From positions 1,408,001 through 1,472,000 of the forward strand of contig OY970192.1 of the NCBI GenBank assembly GCA_963708135.1: DNA of 64,000 bases. Direction: 5' to 3'. The notes under the pieces were generated by a model. It had not been told where the DNA came from. It ran no database searches and saw only the letters and a program-made list of their open reading frames with translations. This DNA comes from an uncultured Gemmatimonadales bacterium. GTDB taxonomy: Bacteria > Gemmatimonadota > Gemmatimonadetes > Longimicrobiales > RSA9. This document shows positions 1 to 10,520 of this stretch, piece after piece; positions within the stretch are counted from its first letter, which is position 1; every line of letters starts with the position of its first letter. The position numbers were made by a program, and so were the translations under genes.

Positions 1-1507
<1,507 letters not shown>

Positions 1508-1534
1508 CGGCGGAGAGGTTTCCGCGGTCGGCGG

Positions 1535-1569
1535 GGCCCCCGGTGGGATCTGCACCGGGGGCCTTCGTC
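1535..1569 (+). terminator. Putative intrinsic terminator after groEL
   Basis: Perfect 11-bp stem GGCCCCCGGTG (1535-1545)/CACCGGGGGCC (1553-1563), 7-nt loop, weak TTCGTC tail. Confidence 0.7.
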
Positions 1570-1579
1570 ATGGAGTGGA

Positions 1580-1638
1580 GGGTGAGGATTCGGGTGAGGG
1601 TGAGGGTGAGGACGGGTAGGGGAGTGGGGGCGGGCGGG
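1580..1638 (+). repeat. G-rich tract with (GGGTGA)n repeats; G-quadruplex-prone
   Basis: GGGTGAGGGTGAGGGTGAGGACGGGTAGGGGAGTGGGGGCGGGCGGG: eight G>=3 runs with 1-7-nt loops in 1592-1638. Confidence 0.7.
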
Positions 1639-1707
1639 CTTGACCGTGTCCGGAGGGGGCGACACTTTCGGCGGGCGAGCCTCCGCTACCACCAACCGGA
1701 ATCCGCC

Positions 1708-3141
1708 ATGCGACGCACCCGCAGAACGCCGGCGCTCCCGGCAGCCCTGGTCGCCTGCCTCCTCGGGCCCGTGTCGGCGCGCGCACAGGGCGGCGCGCCG
1801 CAGCCGAAGACGCCGATCGACTGGGGCGCGTACGGCAACGAGAGCGTCCGCGTGCTCTCGAACTACCTGAAGATCAACACCACGAATCCGCCCGGGAACG
1901 AGCTCGAGACGGCAAGGTTCCTCAAGGCGATTCTGGACCGGGAGGGGATCCCGGCCGAGATCCTGGACACGATGGAGCTGGGGCCGAACCGCGCGAACCT
2001 CTACGCCCGCCTGAAGGGCGCCGGGGCGAAGCCGGCCATCGCGCTCGTCAACCACATGGACGTGGTGCCGGTCACGCCGGAGTTCTGGCACGTGCCGCCG
2101 TTCTCGGGCGAGATCCGGGACGGTTACCTGTGGGGCCGCGGCGCGCTGGACATGAAGGGCAACGGCATCGCGCAGCTCATGGCGATGATCGCGCTCAAGC
2201 GGAGCGGGGTGCCGCTCGAGCGCGACATCGTCTTCATCGGCAACGCGGATGAGGAGGTGGGCTCGAAGGGCGCCTACACCTTCGTGGAGCGGCACCCGGA
2301 CCTCCTGAAGGACGTGGGCTTCCTGCTCACGGAGGGCGGCGCCAACGTGGTCCGGAACGGCAGGCTCGACTACTACGGCGTGAGCGTCTCGGAGAAGCGG
2401 ACGTTCTGGCACCGCATCACGGTGCACGGCGTGCCGTCCCACGGCTCCCAGCCCACGAAGGAGAACCCGGTGCCCCGGCTGGTGCGGGCGCTGGACCGGA
2501 TCGCGGCCTATGAGACGCCCCTCGAGGTCACGCCGGCGGTGGAGAAGTTCTTCCACGACATCTCGCGTAACTATGCCGGCGAGCAGCAGGTGTGGCTGGC
2601 GGACGTGAAAACGGCGCTCTCGGCCCCCCGGGCGCGCGCGTGGATCCTCTCCGATCCCTACCGCAACGCCATCCTCCGCAACACGATCTCGGAGACCGCG
2701 CTGTCGGGCTCGAACAAGACCAACGTGATCCCGCCCGAGGCCACGGCCGACCTGGACATGCGGCTGCTGCCGGACCAGGACCCGGATGCGTTCATGGCCA
2801 CGCTGAAGGGGATCGTCGCCGACACGGCCGTGCACTGGGCGCCGCTCATCACGCCGGCACCGCCGATGGACAACCCGATCGACACGCCGCTCTTCCACGC
2901 CATCGAGCGCGCGGCCCACGACCGCGACCCGGACGCGCTGGTGACGACGGTGATGCTGACCGGAGGCACCGACCGGCCGGCGTACCGCCAGCTCGGCATC
3001 GTGACCTACGGCTTCTCGCCGTTCAAGATCGACGCGGAGGAGAGCCACCGGGGCGTGCACGGCAACGATGAGAGGATCCCGGTGGCGCAGGTCGGCTGGG
3101 GGGTGCACCTCCTCTACGACGTGCTCCGCTACGCACAGTAG
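1708..3141 (+). CDS. M20/M25/M40 family metallopeptidase/aminoacylase with signal peptide
   Basis: NHMDVVP, GRGALDMKG, DEEVG, GGTD and HGNDER motifs; basic N-terminus plus hydrophobic stretch ending ARA-Q; start chosen at ATG 1708. Confidence 0.9.
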   Translation: MRRTRRTPALPAALVACLLGPVSARAQGGAPQPKTPIDWGAYGNESVRVLSNYLKINTTNPPGNELETARFLKAILDREGIPAEILDTMELGPNRANLYARLKGAGAKPAIALVNHMDVVPVTPEFWHVPPFSGEIRDGYLWGRGALDMKGNGIAQLMAMIALKRSGVPLERDIVFIGNADEEVGSKGAYTFVERHPDLLKDVGFLLTEGGANVVRNGRLDYYGVSVSEKRTFWHRITVHGVPSHGSQPTKENPVPRLVRALDRIAAYETPLEVTPAVEKFFHDISRNYAGEQQVWLADVKTALSAPRARAWILSDPYRNAILRNTISETALSGSNKTNVIPPEATADLDMRLLPDQDPDAFMATLKGIVADTAVHWAPLITPAPPMDNPIDTPLFHAIERAAHDRDPDALVTTVMLTGGTDRPAYRQLGIVTYGFSPFKIDAEESHRGVHGNDERIPVAQVGWGVHLLYDVLRYAQ

Positions 3142-3274
3142 TGGGCCCTATGCGAGGTTCGGTGGAAACGATCCATCGGCGCACCCCATCGCTCCCTCGG
3201 GTACGCTCCCTCGGGCGACGTCGGCGGCCGCACCCCGCCGGCGCGCCACGACATCCACTCCGCCGGAGACGCCC

Positions 3275-5209
3275 ATGAAGCCCGCCCTTCGCCTCGCGAC
3301 GCCGACCGTGCTCCTCTCCTGCCTCGCCGTGCTCACGCCCGTGACGCCGCTCCTCGCCCAGCGGGGCGGCGTGGCCGCCGTGGCCGACACGTCGGCGTTT
3401 CGGCCGCTCGACCTGCCGGCGCCGAACGTCTATCGCACGGGCTCCGGCCGCCCGGGGCCGGATTACTGGCAGCAGCGCGTGGACTACGGCATCGAGGCCA
3501 CCCTCGACCCGGCGGCCAACGTGGTGCGTGGCCAGGAGCGGATCCACTACTACAACCACTCCCCGACTCCGCTCGGCTACATCTGGATGTTCCTCGAGCA
3601 GAACATCTGTGCGAGGAACAGCGTGACCAACCAGCTGAACCAGCCGCCGCTCGTGTTCCAGGACGCGACGTTCGACTTCTCCTGCAAGGGGTTCGAAGGC
3701 GGGGACGTGCTCGAGTCGATCACGAGCGCAGGTCGGGCCGTCGCGCACGAGGTCTACGGCACCACGGTCCGCGTGGAGCTGCCCCGGCCACTCCCGAGCG
3801 GCGGCGAGGTGACGCTCGACGTCGCGTGGCATTTCTCCGTGCCGCCCTACGGCGCGGGGCGCATGGGGCACGATGGACCGCTGTACGAGGTCGCGCAGTG
3901 GTACCCGCGCGTCGCGGTCTACGACGACGTGCGCGGCTGGAACCACGAGCCCTACATCGGCGCGGGCGAGTTCTACCTCGAGTACGGCCACTTCGACGTG
4001 GCGTTGACGCTGCCCGCCTCCTACCTCGTGGCCGCGACCGGCCGGCTGACCAACCCGGACGAGGTGCTCACCGCGGCCGAGCGAGAGCGGCTCGCCCGCG
4101 CCCGCACCAGCGACTCGCCCGTCGCGATCGTCACGGCGGCGGAGGCCGGCAAGCCGTCCAGCCGACCGGCCGCCTCCGGCACGCTCACGTGGCGCTTCTC
4201 CGCCGACAGTGTGCGTGACTTCGCGTTCGCCGCCGCTCCCACGCTGCGCTGGGACGCCGTGAACTACGACGGGATCCTGGTGGCGACAATGTACCGGCCG
4301 TCCGCGACGTTGTGGACCGAAGCCATCAAGATGGCCCGCTCCGCGATCCAGCATTTCAGCGAGCAGTGGTTCCGCTACCCCTATCCGCATGCCACGACCG
4401 TCGAGGGGCCGATCGAGGGGATGGAGTACCCGATGCTCACCTTCGTCCCCGCCGGTCCGACCCGCTTCGATCTGGAGTGGACGCTCATGCACGAGTTCGG
4501 GCACGAATGGTTCCCGATGGTCGTCGGCTCGAACGAGCGGCTCTATCCGTGGATGGACGAGGGCTTCAACACCTTCATCGACATCGGCGGCGCCGAGACG
4601 TACTTCAGGGGCACGCCCTACGGCGACACGCTCGGACTGACGCCCCTGCACCTCTACCCGGAGCACGCCATCCCGGGCGAGGAGCAGCCGCTCATCGACC
4701 GCCCGGTCGAGCAGCGCGACCTGTTCTGGACCGGCTACCGCAAGCCCGCCCTCATGCTGCGCACGCTGCGCTACGAGGTCCTGGGCAAGGAGCGTTTCGA
4801 CCGCGCGTTCAGGACCTACATCCGCACGTGGGCGTTCAGGCACCCGACGCCGGCGGACTTCTTCCGCGTGATGCGGGACGAGTCCGGCGTCGACCTGGAC
4901 TGGTTCTGGCGCGAGTGGATCTACGAGACGGCCCGCCTCGACCAGGCCGTGGACTCGGTCGGCACCCGGAAAGGCGGCGGCTCCGCGGTGTTCCTCTCCA
5001 ACCGCGGCACCATGGTCATGCCGCTCGAGCTGCGCCTCACGTTCCAGGATGGCACTGCCGAGACCGTCCGGCTGCCCGTGGACATGTGGAACCTCGGCAA
5101 CCGCTTCGAATACCGCGTACCGGGAACGAAGGCGGTCAGGGCGGCCGAGATCGACCCACGCCACGTGCTCCCCGACACGGACCCTGCAAACAACCGCTGG
5201 CCCCGCTGA
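3275..5209 (+). CDS. M1 family zinc aminopeptidase with signal peptide
   Basis: GMEYP and HEFGH-x18-E (WMDEG) gluzincin motif; GGAG RBS before ATG 3275; signal peptide. Confidence 0.92.
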   Translation: MKPALRLATPTVLLSCLAVLTPVTPLLAQRGGVAAVADTSAFRPLDLPAPNVYRTGSGRPGPDYWQQRVDYGIEATLDPAANVVRGQERIHYYNHSPTPLGYIWMFLEQNICARNSVTNQLNQPPLVFQDATFDFSCKGFEGGDVLESITSAGRAVAHEVYGTTVRVELPRPLPSGGEVTLDVAWHFSVPPYGAGRMGHDGPLYEVAQWYPRVAVYDDVRGWNHEPYIGAGEFYLEYGHFDVALTLPASYLVAATGRLTNPDEVLTAAERERLARARTSDSPVAIVTAAEAGKPSSRPAASGTLTWRFSADSVRDFAFAAAPTLRWDAVNYDGILVATMYRPSATLWTEAIKMARSAIQHFSEQWFRYPYPHATTVEGPIEGMEYPMLTFVPAGPTRFDLEWTLMHEFGHEWFPMVVGSNERLYPWMDEGFNTFIDIGGAETYFRGTPYGDTLGLTPLHLYPEHAIPGEEQPLIDRPVEQRDLFWTGYRKPALMLRTLRYEVLGKERFDRAFRTYIRTWAFRHPTPADFFRVMRDESGVDLDWFWREWIYETARLDQAVDSVGTRKGGGSAVFLSNRGTMVMPLELRLTFQDGTAETVRLPVDMWNLGNRFEYRVPGTKAVRAAEIDPRHVLPDTDPANNRWPR

Positions 5210-5227
5210 AGCGGGAAGGAGGACCGG

Positions 5228-6025
5228 ATGAATGCGGATGATCCGGATGGCCGCTGGGCCGAAGAGCCGCCCGACCGGCGCCGGCGGCGGCTGCGCAGCC
5301 GGCTCGGCACGGGTCCGCTCGGCCGGCTCGACCGACCCCGGAAGATCGTGCTGCGCGACTTCGTCGTCTACGAGGTGAAGCTGCTGCTCGACGGTGCCAA
5401 GAGCTTCGCGATCACGTGGGCCGCGCTCGGTGCGGTGGCGCTCGACATGATCGCCCCCGGAGAGCGGCCGGGGCGTCGCTTCTACGCCGTGATGCGGCTG
5501 GGCGAGCGGCTGGATCGGTGGCTCAGCCTGTACGGCATCGCGGAGGCCGCCGAGGCCGACGAGGACGGGATGTTCGGAGTGAGCCGCGCCGGCAGCCCGA
5601 CGCTCCTCGGCCACCTCGAGTCGTTCGTGCACCGGGCCGTGGTGGGAGAGGCCGGGGACCTCCAGGACAATGTCGCGCCCGGGCCGCGACCGGACGCCAG
5701 CGGGACGCCGGCCGCACAGGCCTGGCCGCGTCCTGCCGAGGATGTCTCCGGCGAGCCGGCGCTCTCCCCCTACGTACGGGCGGAGCGCGCCACCCGGTTG
5801 GCCTCCGACCTCTTCGACCGGGCCCTCGCCGCGCTCGACCGCGGCATGGACGCGCTCGACACCGACCGCGAGGCCGGGGAGGAGGAGCCCGCGCCCGACC
5901 GGCCCGAAAGCGCCGCCGGCGCAGCCGGACCGGGCGCGAAGCCCGAGTCCGGGGCTTCTTCCTCCGTGGACGCGGGACCCGCGCCGCCTTCTGGCCTCGA
6001 GACGTCGCCGCCTCAGAGCTCCTGA
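5228..6025 (+). CDS. Hypothetical protein: hydrophobic/helical core plus low-complexity acidic Pro-rich tail
   Basis: AGGAGG RBS at ~5217-5222, coding-like codon usage, fills the gap between flanking genes. Confidence 0.7.
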   Translation: MNADDPDGRWAEEPPDRRRRRLRSRLGTGPLGRLDRPRKIVLRDFVVYEVKLLLDGAKSFAITWAALGAVALDMIAPGERPGRRFYAVMRLGERLDRWLSLYGIAEAAEADEDGMFGVSRAGSPTLLGHLESFVHRAVVGEAGDLQDNVAPGPRPDASGTPAAQAWPRPAEDVSGEPALSPYVRAERATRLASDLFDRALAALDRGMDALDTDREAGEEEPAPDRPESAAGAAGPGAKPESGASSSVDAGPAPPSGLETSPPQSS

Positions 6026-6777
6026 CGGCCGAACGCCCACACGGCCGCTCCCGCCGCCACGCACACGGCCGCGAGCGCGGTGGCGACGGGCCAGAGCACG
6101 GGGACGCGGCTTCGGCCGGCGAGCTGTATCGCCGCCCCGGGGAGGCCGGCGAACGTGTAGCGCGCGACGGGCGCCCAGATCGTCCCCAGCATGCACAGGA
6201 AGTAGAAGGCGAGCCCCGCCCCCGCCGCGCCGCCGGTTCCCGGCACCAGCACGGAGAAGAAGGTCGTCACGGTCACGAGAAGCGCGGCGAACGGCAGCCA
6301 TGCCCCCACCGCGGACGCGAGCGGCGCCAGCGCCGCGCCGGTGAAGAGCAGGCTGGTGACGGCCTCGCACACGACGGTGCCCGCCACCGTGGCGCCGGCC
6401 AGCAGAAGGACCTGCCAGGCGAGCTTGGCGGCTACGAACCCGGCGCGGGAGAGCGGCTTGGTGAGCATGAGGACGGCCGTCCCGGACCGCCGCTCCCCCG
6501 CCACCGCGCCCGCCGCCGCCAGGACGAGCGCGATGGCCACGATCTGGTCCAGGCTCTTCACGAACTGGCGGTACGCATCCGGCGCGACGGCGGGCGGGAG
6601 CACGATGGCGACCCCTGGCTGTGAGCCCGCCATGGAGGACACCAGCGCCGGCGTGAGCTGCGCGAGCACCGGGCTCACGATCCCGAACAGGACGAACATC
6701 CCGACGATCACCGGAAAGTGCCACGTCCGCAGCGACTCGGTCCTCTCCTTGCCCAGGAACGCCCCGAACGCGCTCAC
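6013..6777 (-). CDS. ABC-2 type transporter permease
   Basis: Multiple TM helices; GERRSGT...LTKPLSR...AKL signature; overlaps the ATPase stop. Confidence 0.9.
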   Translation of the reverse strand: MSAFGAFLGKERTESLRTWHFPVIVGMFVLFGIVSPVLAQLTPALVSSMAGSQPGVAIVLPPAVAPDAYRQFVKSLDQIVAIALVLAAAGAVAGERRSGTAVLMLTKPLSRAGFVAAKLAWQVLLLAGATVAGTVVCEAVTSLLFTGAALAPLASAVGAWLPFAALLVTVTTFFSVLVPGTGGAAGAGLAFYFLCMLGTIWAPVARYTFAGLPGAAIQLAGRSRVPVLWPVATALAAVCVAAGAAVWAFGRQEL

Positions 6778-7706
6778 GCCGCCCCCCCGCCGACCAGCGC
6801 GACGAACGCATCCTCCAGCGTGAGGCGAGCCGCGACCATTCGCCGCAGCGGAAGCCCGGCCGCGGCGACGGCGCGCGGGATCCCGATCTGCGCCGTCTCG
6901 AGGTCCGTGACCCGCACCCGCAGCATGCCCGCCTCCCGGTCCACCTCCCGGACCCAGGGCATGGCCATCAGCGCCGCCTCCAGCGGGGCACCGTCCCCTC
7001 CCACCTCCAGCTCGACCATCGGACCGCCGGTCCGCGCCGCCAGCTCCTCCACGCCTGACTGCGCCACCACCCGACCGCGATCCAGAATCGCCACGCGGTC
7101 ACACACCCGCTCAATGTCGGCCAGGATATGGCTCGAGAAGAAGACCGTCGTCCTGCCGCGCAGAGACGCGATCATCTCGAGGACTTCACGGCGGCCGATC
7201 GGGTCGAGCGCGCTCGTCGGCTCATCCAGCAGCAGCAGCCGCGGCGCATTCACGAGCGCCTGTGCGATCCCGAGCCGCTGCTTCATCCCTCGGGAGAACC
7301 CGCCGATCCGCGTCCCGACCCCGGCGAGCCCCGCCATCTCGAGCAGGACCCCCACGCGTTCCGTGAGGGCCTGCCCCTCCAGCCCGAACAGCCGCCCCGA
7401 CAGCGTCATGAGCTCCCGCGCCGTCATCCACGGGTAGAAGCCCGGAATGTCCGGCAGGAACCCGACCTCCCGCCCCGGCGCCGCTCCGCGCGTCGCGTCC
7501 CGGCCGAGGACGCGCGCCGTCCCCGAGGTCGGGCGGGCGAGCCCCATCAGGATGCGCAGCGTGGTGGTCTTGCCCGCGCCGTTCGGCCCCAGGAACCCGA
7601 ACACCGACCCCTCCGGCACGAACAGTCCCACGCCATCCAGCGCGCGCGTGCCGCCGAACGTCTTGACGAGGCCGGCCGCCTCGATCGCGGCCCGGACCCC
7701 CGTCAC
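6774..7706 (-). CDS. ABC transporter ATP-binding protein (export type)
   Basis: Walker [10 protein letters not shown], signature FSRGMKQ, Walker B LLLDEP, SSH. Confidence 0.96.
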   Translation of the reverse strand: MTGVRAAIEAAGLVKTFGGTRALDGVGLFVPEGSVFGFLGPNGAGKTTTLRILMGLARPTSGTARVLGRDATRGAAPGREVGFLPDIPGFYPWMTARELMTLSGRLFGLEGQALTERVGVLLEMAGLAGVGTRIGGFSRGMKQRLGIAQALVNAPRLLLLDEPTSALDPIGRREVLEMIASLRGRTTVFFSSHILADIERVCDRVAILDRGRVVAQSGVEELAARTGGPMVELEVGGDGAPLEAALMAMPWVREVDREAGMLRVRVTDLETAQIGIPRAVAAAGLPLRRMVAARLTLEDAFVALVGGGAA

Positions 7707-8020
7707 CCGCCCTCCTCGCCGCCGTACAGCGCATCGACCGCCCGCCGGGTCCGTTCTCCCCCGCCCGGCTCCGCCTTCGCCTCCGCTCCACCGCCTGGCG
7801 CCGGGCTACCTCGCCCCGCGGCGAAGTAGATGAGCGGTCCAACCAAGTTCAGCAGCACGATCACCGCCACCCAGAACCCCTTGCTCACCGGCACCCGCCC
7901 CCGTCGCGCCAGGTCCACGAGCGCCCACGCCTGGAGCATCACCTGGACCACCGCGAGAACCGTCAGCGCCACGAGCGCCCCCGTCGAGAGCCCCGCCACC
8001 ACGTCCATGAACCTCTGCAC
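7703..8020 (-). CDS. Small membrane protein with PLDc_N (phospholipase D N-terminal-like) domain
   Basis: ALVDL..R...K..WV.VIV.LN.VGP.IYF..GR pattern; 4-nt overlap with the ATPase start. Confidence 0.8.
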   Translation of the reverse strand: MQRFMDVVAGLSTGALVALTVLAVVQVMLQAWALVDLARRGRVPVSKGFWVAVIVLLNLVGPLIYFAAGRGSPAPGGGAEAKAEPGGGERTRRAVDALYGGEEGG

Positions 8021-8054
8021 CGCGTGTCCTCCGGGAAGGGAAGTGTGGCTGCCG

Positions 8055-8085
8055 AATATTTAGGCAATCGTCTAAATATTGTCAA
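8055..8085 (-). promoter_or_regulatory. Operator palindrome overlapping the promoter of the PLDc_N-ABC operon
   Basis: AATATTTAG-N8-CTAAATATT (8055-8080), an AT-rich island in GC-rich DNA; minus-strand TTGACA at 8085-8080, then 17 nt and TAAATA. Confidence 0.75.
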
Positions 8086-8125
8086 CGGGACGCGCTGGAG
8101 CCGGGGGGACAACGGACGGGGCGGC

Positions 8126-8155
8126 TTGACCGTTCCGCGGCCCGCGGGGTATACT
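8126..8155 (+). promoter_or_regulatory. Sigma70 promoter of the thrS leader
   Basis: TTGACC-N18-TATACT. Confidence 0.8.
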
Positions 8156-8184
8156 TCTTCCGACGGTCAACCGGAGCGAACGGC

Positions 8185-8265
8185 ATGCGCGCGAAGCGGA
8201 TTCGGACCACCACGACGACGACGCGGCCCCCCTCGGGAGGCGGCGGTGCGGGGTGCGTCGAATAG
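8185..8265 (+). CDS. Thr-rich leader peptide of thrS (MRAKRIRTTTTTTRPPSGGGGAGCVE)
   Basis: GGAG RBS 8173-8176, ATG 8185, Thr codons ACC ACC ACG ACG ACG ACG (8206-8223), TAG 8263-8265; precedes a terminator and thrS. Confidence 0.88.
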   Translation: MRAKRIRTTTTTTRPPSGGGGAGCVE

Positions 8266-8285
8266 ACGCGAGCTCCGACGATCCG

Positions 8286-8321
8286 ACGCGGCCTCTCGAG
8301 AGCGGGGGGCCGCGTTTTTTT
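8286..8321 (+). terminator. Attenuator terminator in the thrS leader
   Basis: 13-bp stem ACGCGGCCTCTCG/CGGGGGGCCGCGT (two G-U), AGAG loop, T7 run 8315-8321. Confidence 0.9.
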
Positions 8322-8402
8322 ATGGCAGCGGCCGCGGCGGTGCGCCGGTTGCGGGCACTGCGGCGTCGCCTAAGTTGAGCGCACCCTGAACGGTACCGGA
8401 AC

Positions 8403-10331
8403 ATGGCGAACGACGACAGGATCAGAGTCACCCTCCCGGATGGGTCGGTGAAGGAGATGCCGGCGGGCTCGACCGCGCGCGATGTGGCGGAATCGATCGG
8501 CCCGGGGCTGGCCAGGGCGGCGCTGGCGGCGCGGGTGGATGGAGGGGTGGTGGACCTGTCGCGGCCGCTCGAGGGGGACGTGTCGCTCGAGATCATCACC
8601 CCGAAGAGCCCGGGCGCGCTGGACGTGCTCCGGCATTCGGCGGCGCACGTGCTGGCGACCGCCGTCCGGCAGGTGCGGCCGGACGCGCAGATCGGCTTCG
8701 GCCCGGCGATCGAGAACGGCTTCTACTACGACTTCGATGTGGACCACCCCTTCACGCCGGAGGAGCTGGAGGAGATCGAGCGGCACATGGCGCAGGTGGC
8801 GGACGCGGACGATCCCTTCGAGCGGCGGGTCGTGACGGTGGAGGAGGCGCGCGAGCTGTTCGCGGATGACCCGCTCAAGCTGGAGCGGCTGGCGGACTTC
8901 GACGAGAACGAGGTGATCACCGTCTACCGCAACGGCCCGTTCCTCGACCTGTGCCGGGGGCCGCACGTCCCCTCGACCGGGAAGGTGCGGTGCGTGAAGC
9001 TGCTGAACACCGCGGGCGCGTACTGGCGCGGCGACGAGAAGCGGCAGATGCTCCAGCGCATCTATGGCACCGCGTTCTTCAGCGAGCAGGAGCTGAGCGC
9101 GTACCTGCACCAGCTGGAGGAGGCCAGGCGGCGGGACCACCGGAAGGTCGGGCGCGAGCTGGATCTCTTCTTCTTCAGCCCGCTGGCGCCCGGAGCGGCG
9201 TTCTGGACCGGTCGCGGGACCATCCTGTACCACGAGCTGGTGGACTTCATGCGCGGCGTGCTGGCCGGCCGCGGCTACGAGCAGGTGAAGACCCCGCTGC
9301 TCTACAACAAGGCGCTGTGGGAGCAGTCGGGGCACTGGGGCAAGTACCGGGAGAACATGTTCCTGGTCCTGGACAAGGACACGGGCGAGGCGGACGTGTC
9401 GCTCAAGCCGATGAACTGCCCGTCGCATTTCCTGATGTATCTGCGGCACAAGCACAGCTACCGCGAGCTGCCCATCCGCTACGCGACGCAGGACGTGCTG
9501 CACCGCAACGAGGTGACCGGCGCGCTCTCCGGGTTGACACGCGTGCGCCAGTTCCAGCAGGACGACGCGCACATCTTCATCGCCGAGAGCCAGATCGGCG
9601 ATGAGGTCCGGCGCCTCGTCGAGGAAATGCAGCTCGCCTACGGCACCTTCGGACTCGAGTATCGAGTCAAGTTCGGCACCAGGCCCGAGGTGCGCGTGGG
9701 CGACGAGGCGCTCTGGGACCGCGCCGAGAGCGACCTCCAGGCGGCGCTCGACGGCACCGGCGTGCCGTACGAGCTGAACCCGGGCGACGGCGCCTTCTAC
9801 GGCCCGAAGGTCAACTTCCACGTGGCGGACGCGATCGGCCGCACCTGGCAGCTCGGCACCATCCAGCTGGATTACAACAACCCGGAACGCTTCGACCTCA
9901 CCTACGTGGGCGAGGACAACGCCGAGCACCGGCCGGTCGTGATCCACCGCGCCGTTTTCGGGTCCTTCGAGCGCTTCATCGCGATCCTGATCGAGCACTT
10001 CGCCGGGGCGTTCCCGCTGTGGCTCGCGCCCGAACAGGTGCGCGTGCTGCCGATCACCGATGACCTGGCCGCCCCTGCCGGCGAGCTCGCCGCCGCCCTG
10101 CGCGACGCCGGCATCCGCGCGGATGTCGACGCTCGCTCCGAGACCCTCGGCTACCGCATCCGCGAGGCGGAGACCATGAAGGTCCCCTACATGGCCGTCA
10201 TCGGCCAGCGCGAGGCGCAGGCCGGCACCGTGGCCGTGCGGGCGCGCGGCGAGGGCCGGAAGCAGGAAGTGATGGACCGGGAGGCGTTCATCGCACGGCT
10301 GGCGGAGCAGATCTCGGCGCGCAGCCTGTGA
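8403..10331 (+). CDS. thrS: Threonine--tRNA ligase
   Basis: TGS domain, editing HSAAH and DLCRGPH, KPMNCP, RVRQFQQDDAH, GTIQLD, HRA..GS.ERF. Confidence 0.99.
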   Translation: MANDDRIRVTLPDGSVKEMPAGSTARDVAESIGPGLARAALAARVDGGVVDLSRPLEGDVSLEIITPKSPGALDVLRHSAAHVLATAVRQVRPDAQIGFGPAIENGFYYDFDVDHPFTPEELEEIERHMAQVADADDPFERRVVTVEEARELFADDPLKLERLADFDENEVITVYRNGPFLDLCRGPHVPSTGKVRCVKLLNTAGAYWRGDEKRQMLQRIYGTAFFSEQELSAYLHQLEEARRRDHRKVGRELDLFFFSPLAPGAAFWTGRGTILYHELVDFMRGVLAGRGYEQVKTPLLYNKALWEQSGHWGKYRENMFLVLDKDTGEADVSLKPMNCPSHFLMYLRHKHSYRELPIRYATQDVLHRNEVTGALSGLTRVRQFQQDDAHIFIAESQIGDEVRRLVEEMQLAYGTFGLEYRVKFGTRPEVRVGDEALWDRAESDLQAALDGTGVPYELNPGDGAFYGPKVNFHVADAIGRTWQLGTIQLDYNNPERFDLTYVGEDNAEHRPVVIHRAVFGSFERFIAILIEHFAGAFPLWLAPEQVRVLPITDDLAAPAGELAAALRDAGIRADVDARSETLGYRIREAETMKVPYMAVIGQREAQAGTVAVRARGEGRKQEVMDREAFIARLAEQISARSL

Positions 10332-10468
10332 GCCGCGCGCCCGTCCGCTTGCGGGACGGGTTGGATGGTTGGACAGCCCGTGGCGGCGCCCTCCCTGACA
10401 CGGCCTCCGCGTCCGCTCCGGGCCTGCTTCCGCAATCGCTGGTGCCCCGCCTGCCCCGCCGCCCCGCG

Positions 10469-10498
10469 TTGACCCGTGCCCCCCCGCGGCGGTAGTTT
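10469..10498 (+). promoter_or_regulatory. Sigma70 promoter upstream of yicC
   Basis: TTGACC-N18-TAGTTT, then GGAGG RBS. Confidence 0.6.
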
Positions 10499-10520
10499 GT
10501 TCCGCTCTCTGGGAGGCACG

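Noticed and set aside
3023..6811. Very long alternative ORFs (e.g. 1262 aa here; 8370-11444, 52834-55815, 53240-56086)
   Set aside because: Arg/Gly/Pro-rich shadow frames of well-supported genes, expected in high-GC DNA; no motifs
8024..8389. 121-aa ORF in the track across the thrS leader; also a possible T-box riboswitch
   Set aside because: The ORF runs through the promoter and terminator in a different frame from the Thr leader; no T-box consensus (AAnnnnGGTGGnACC) is present
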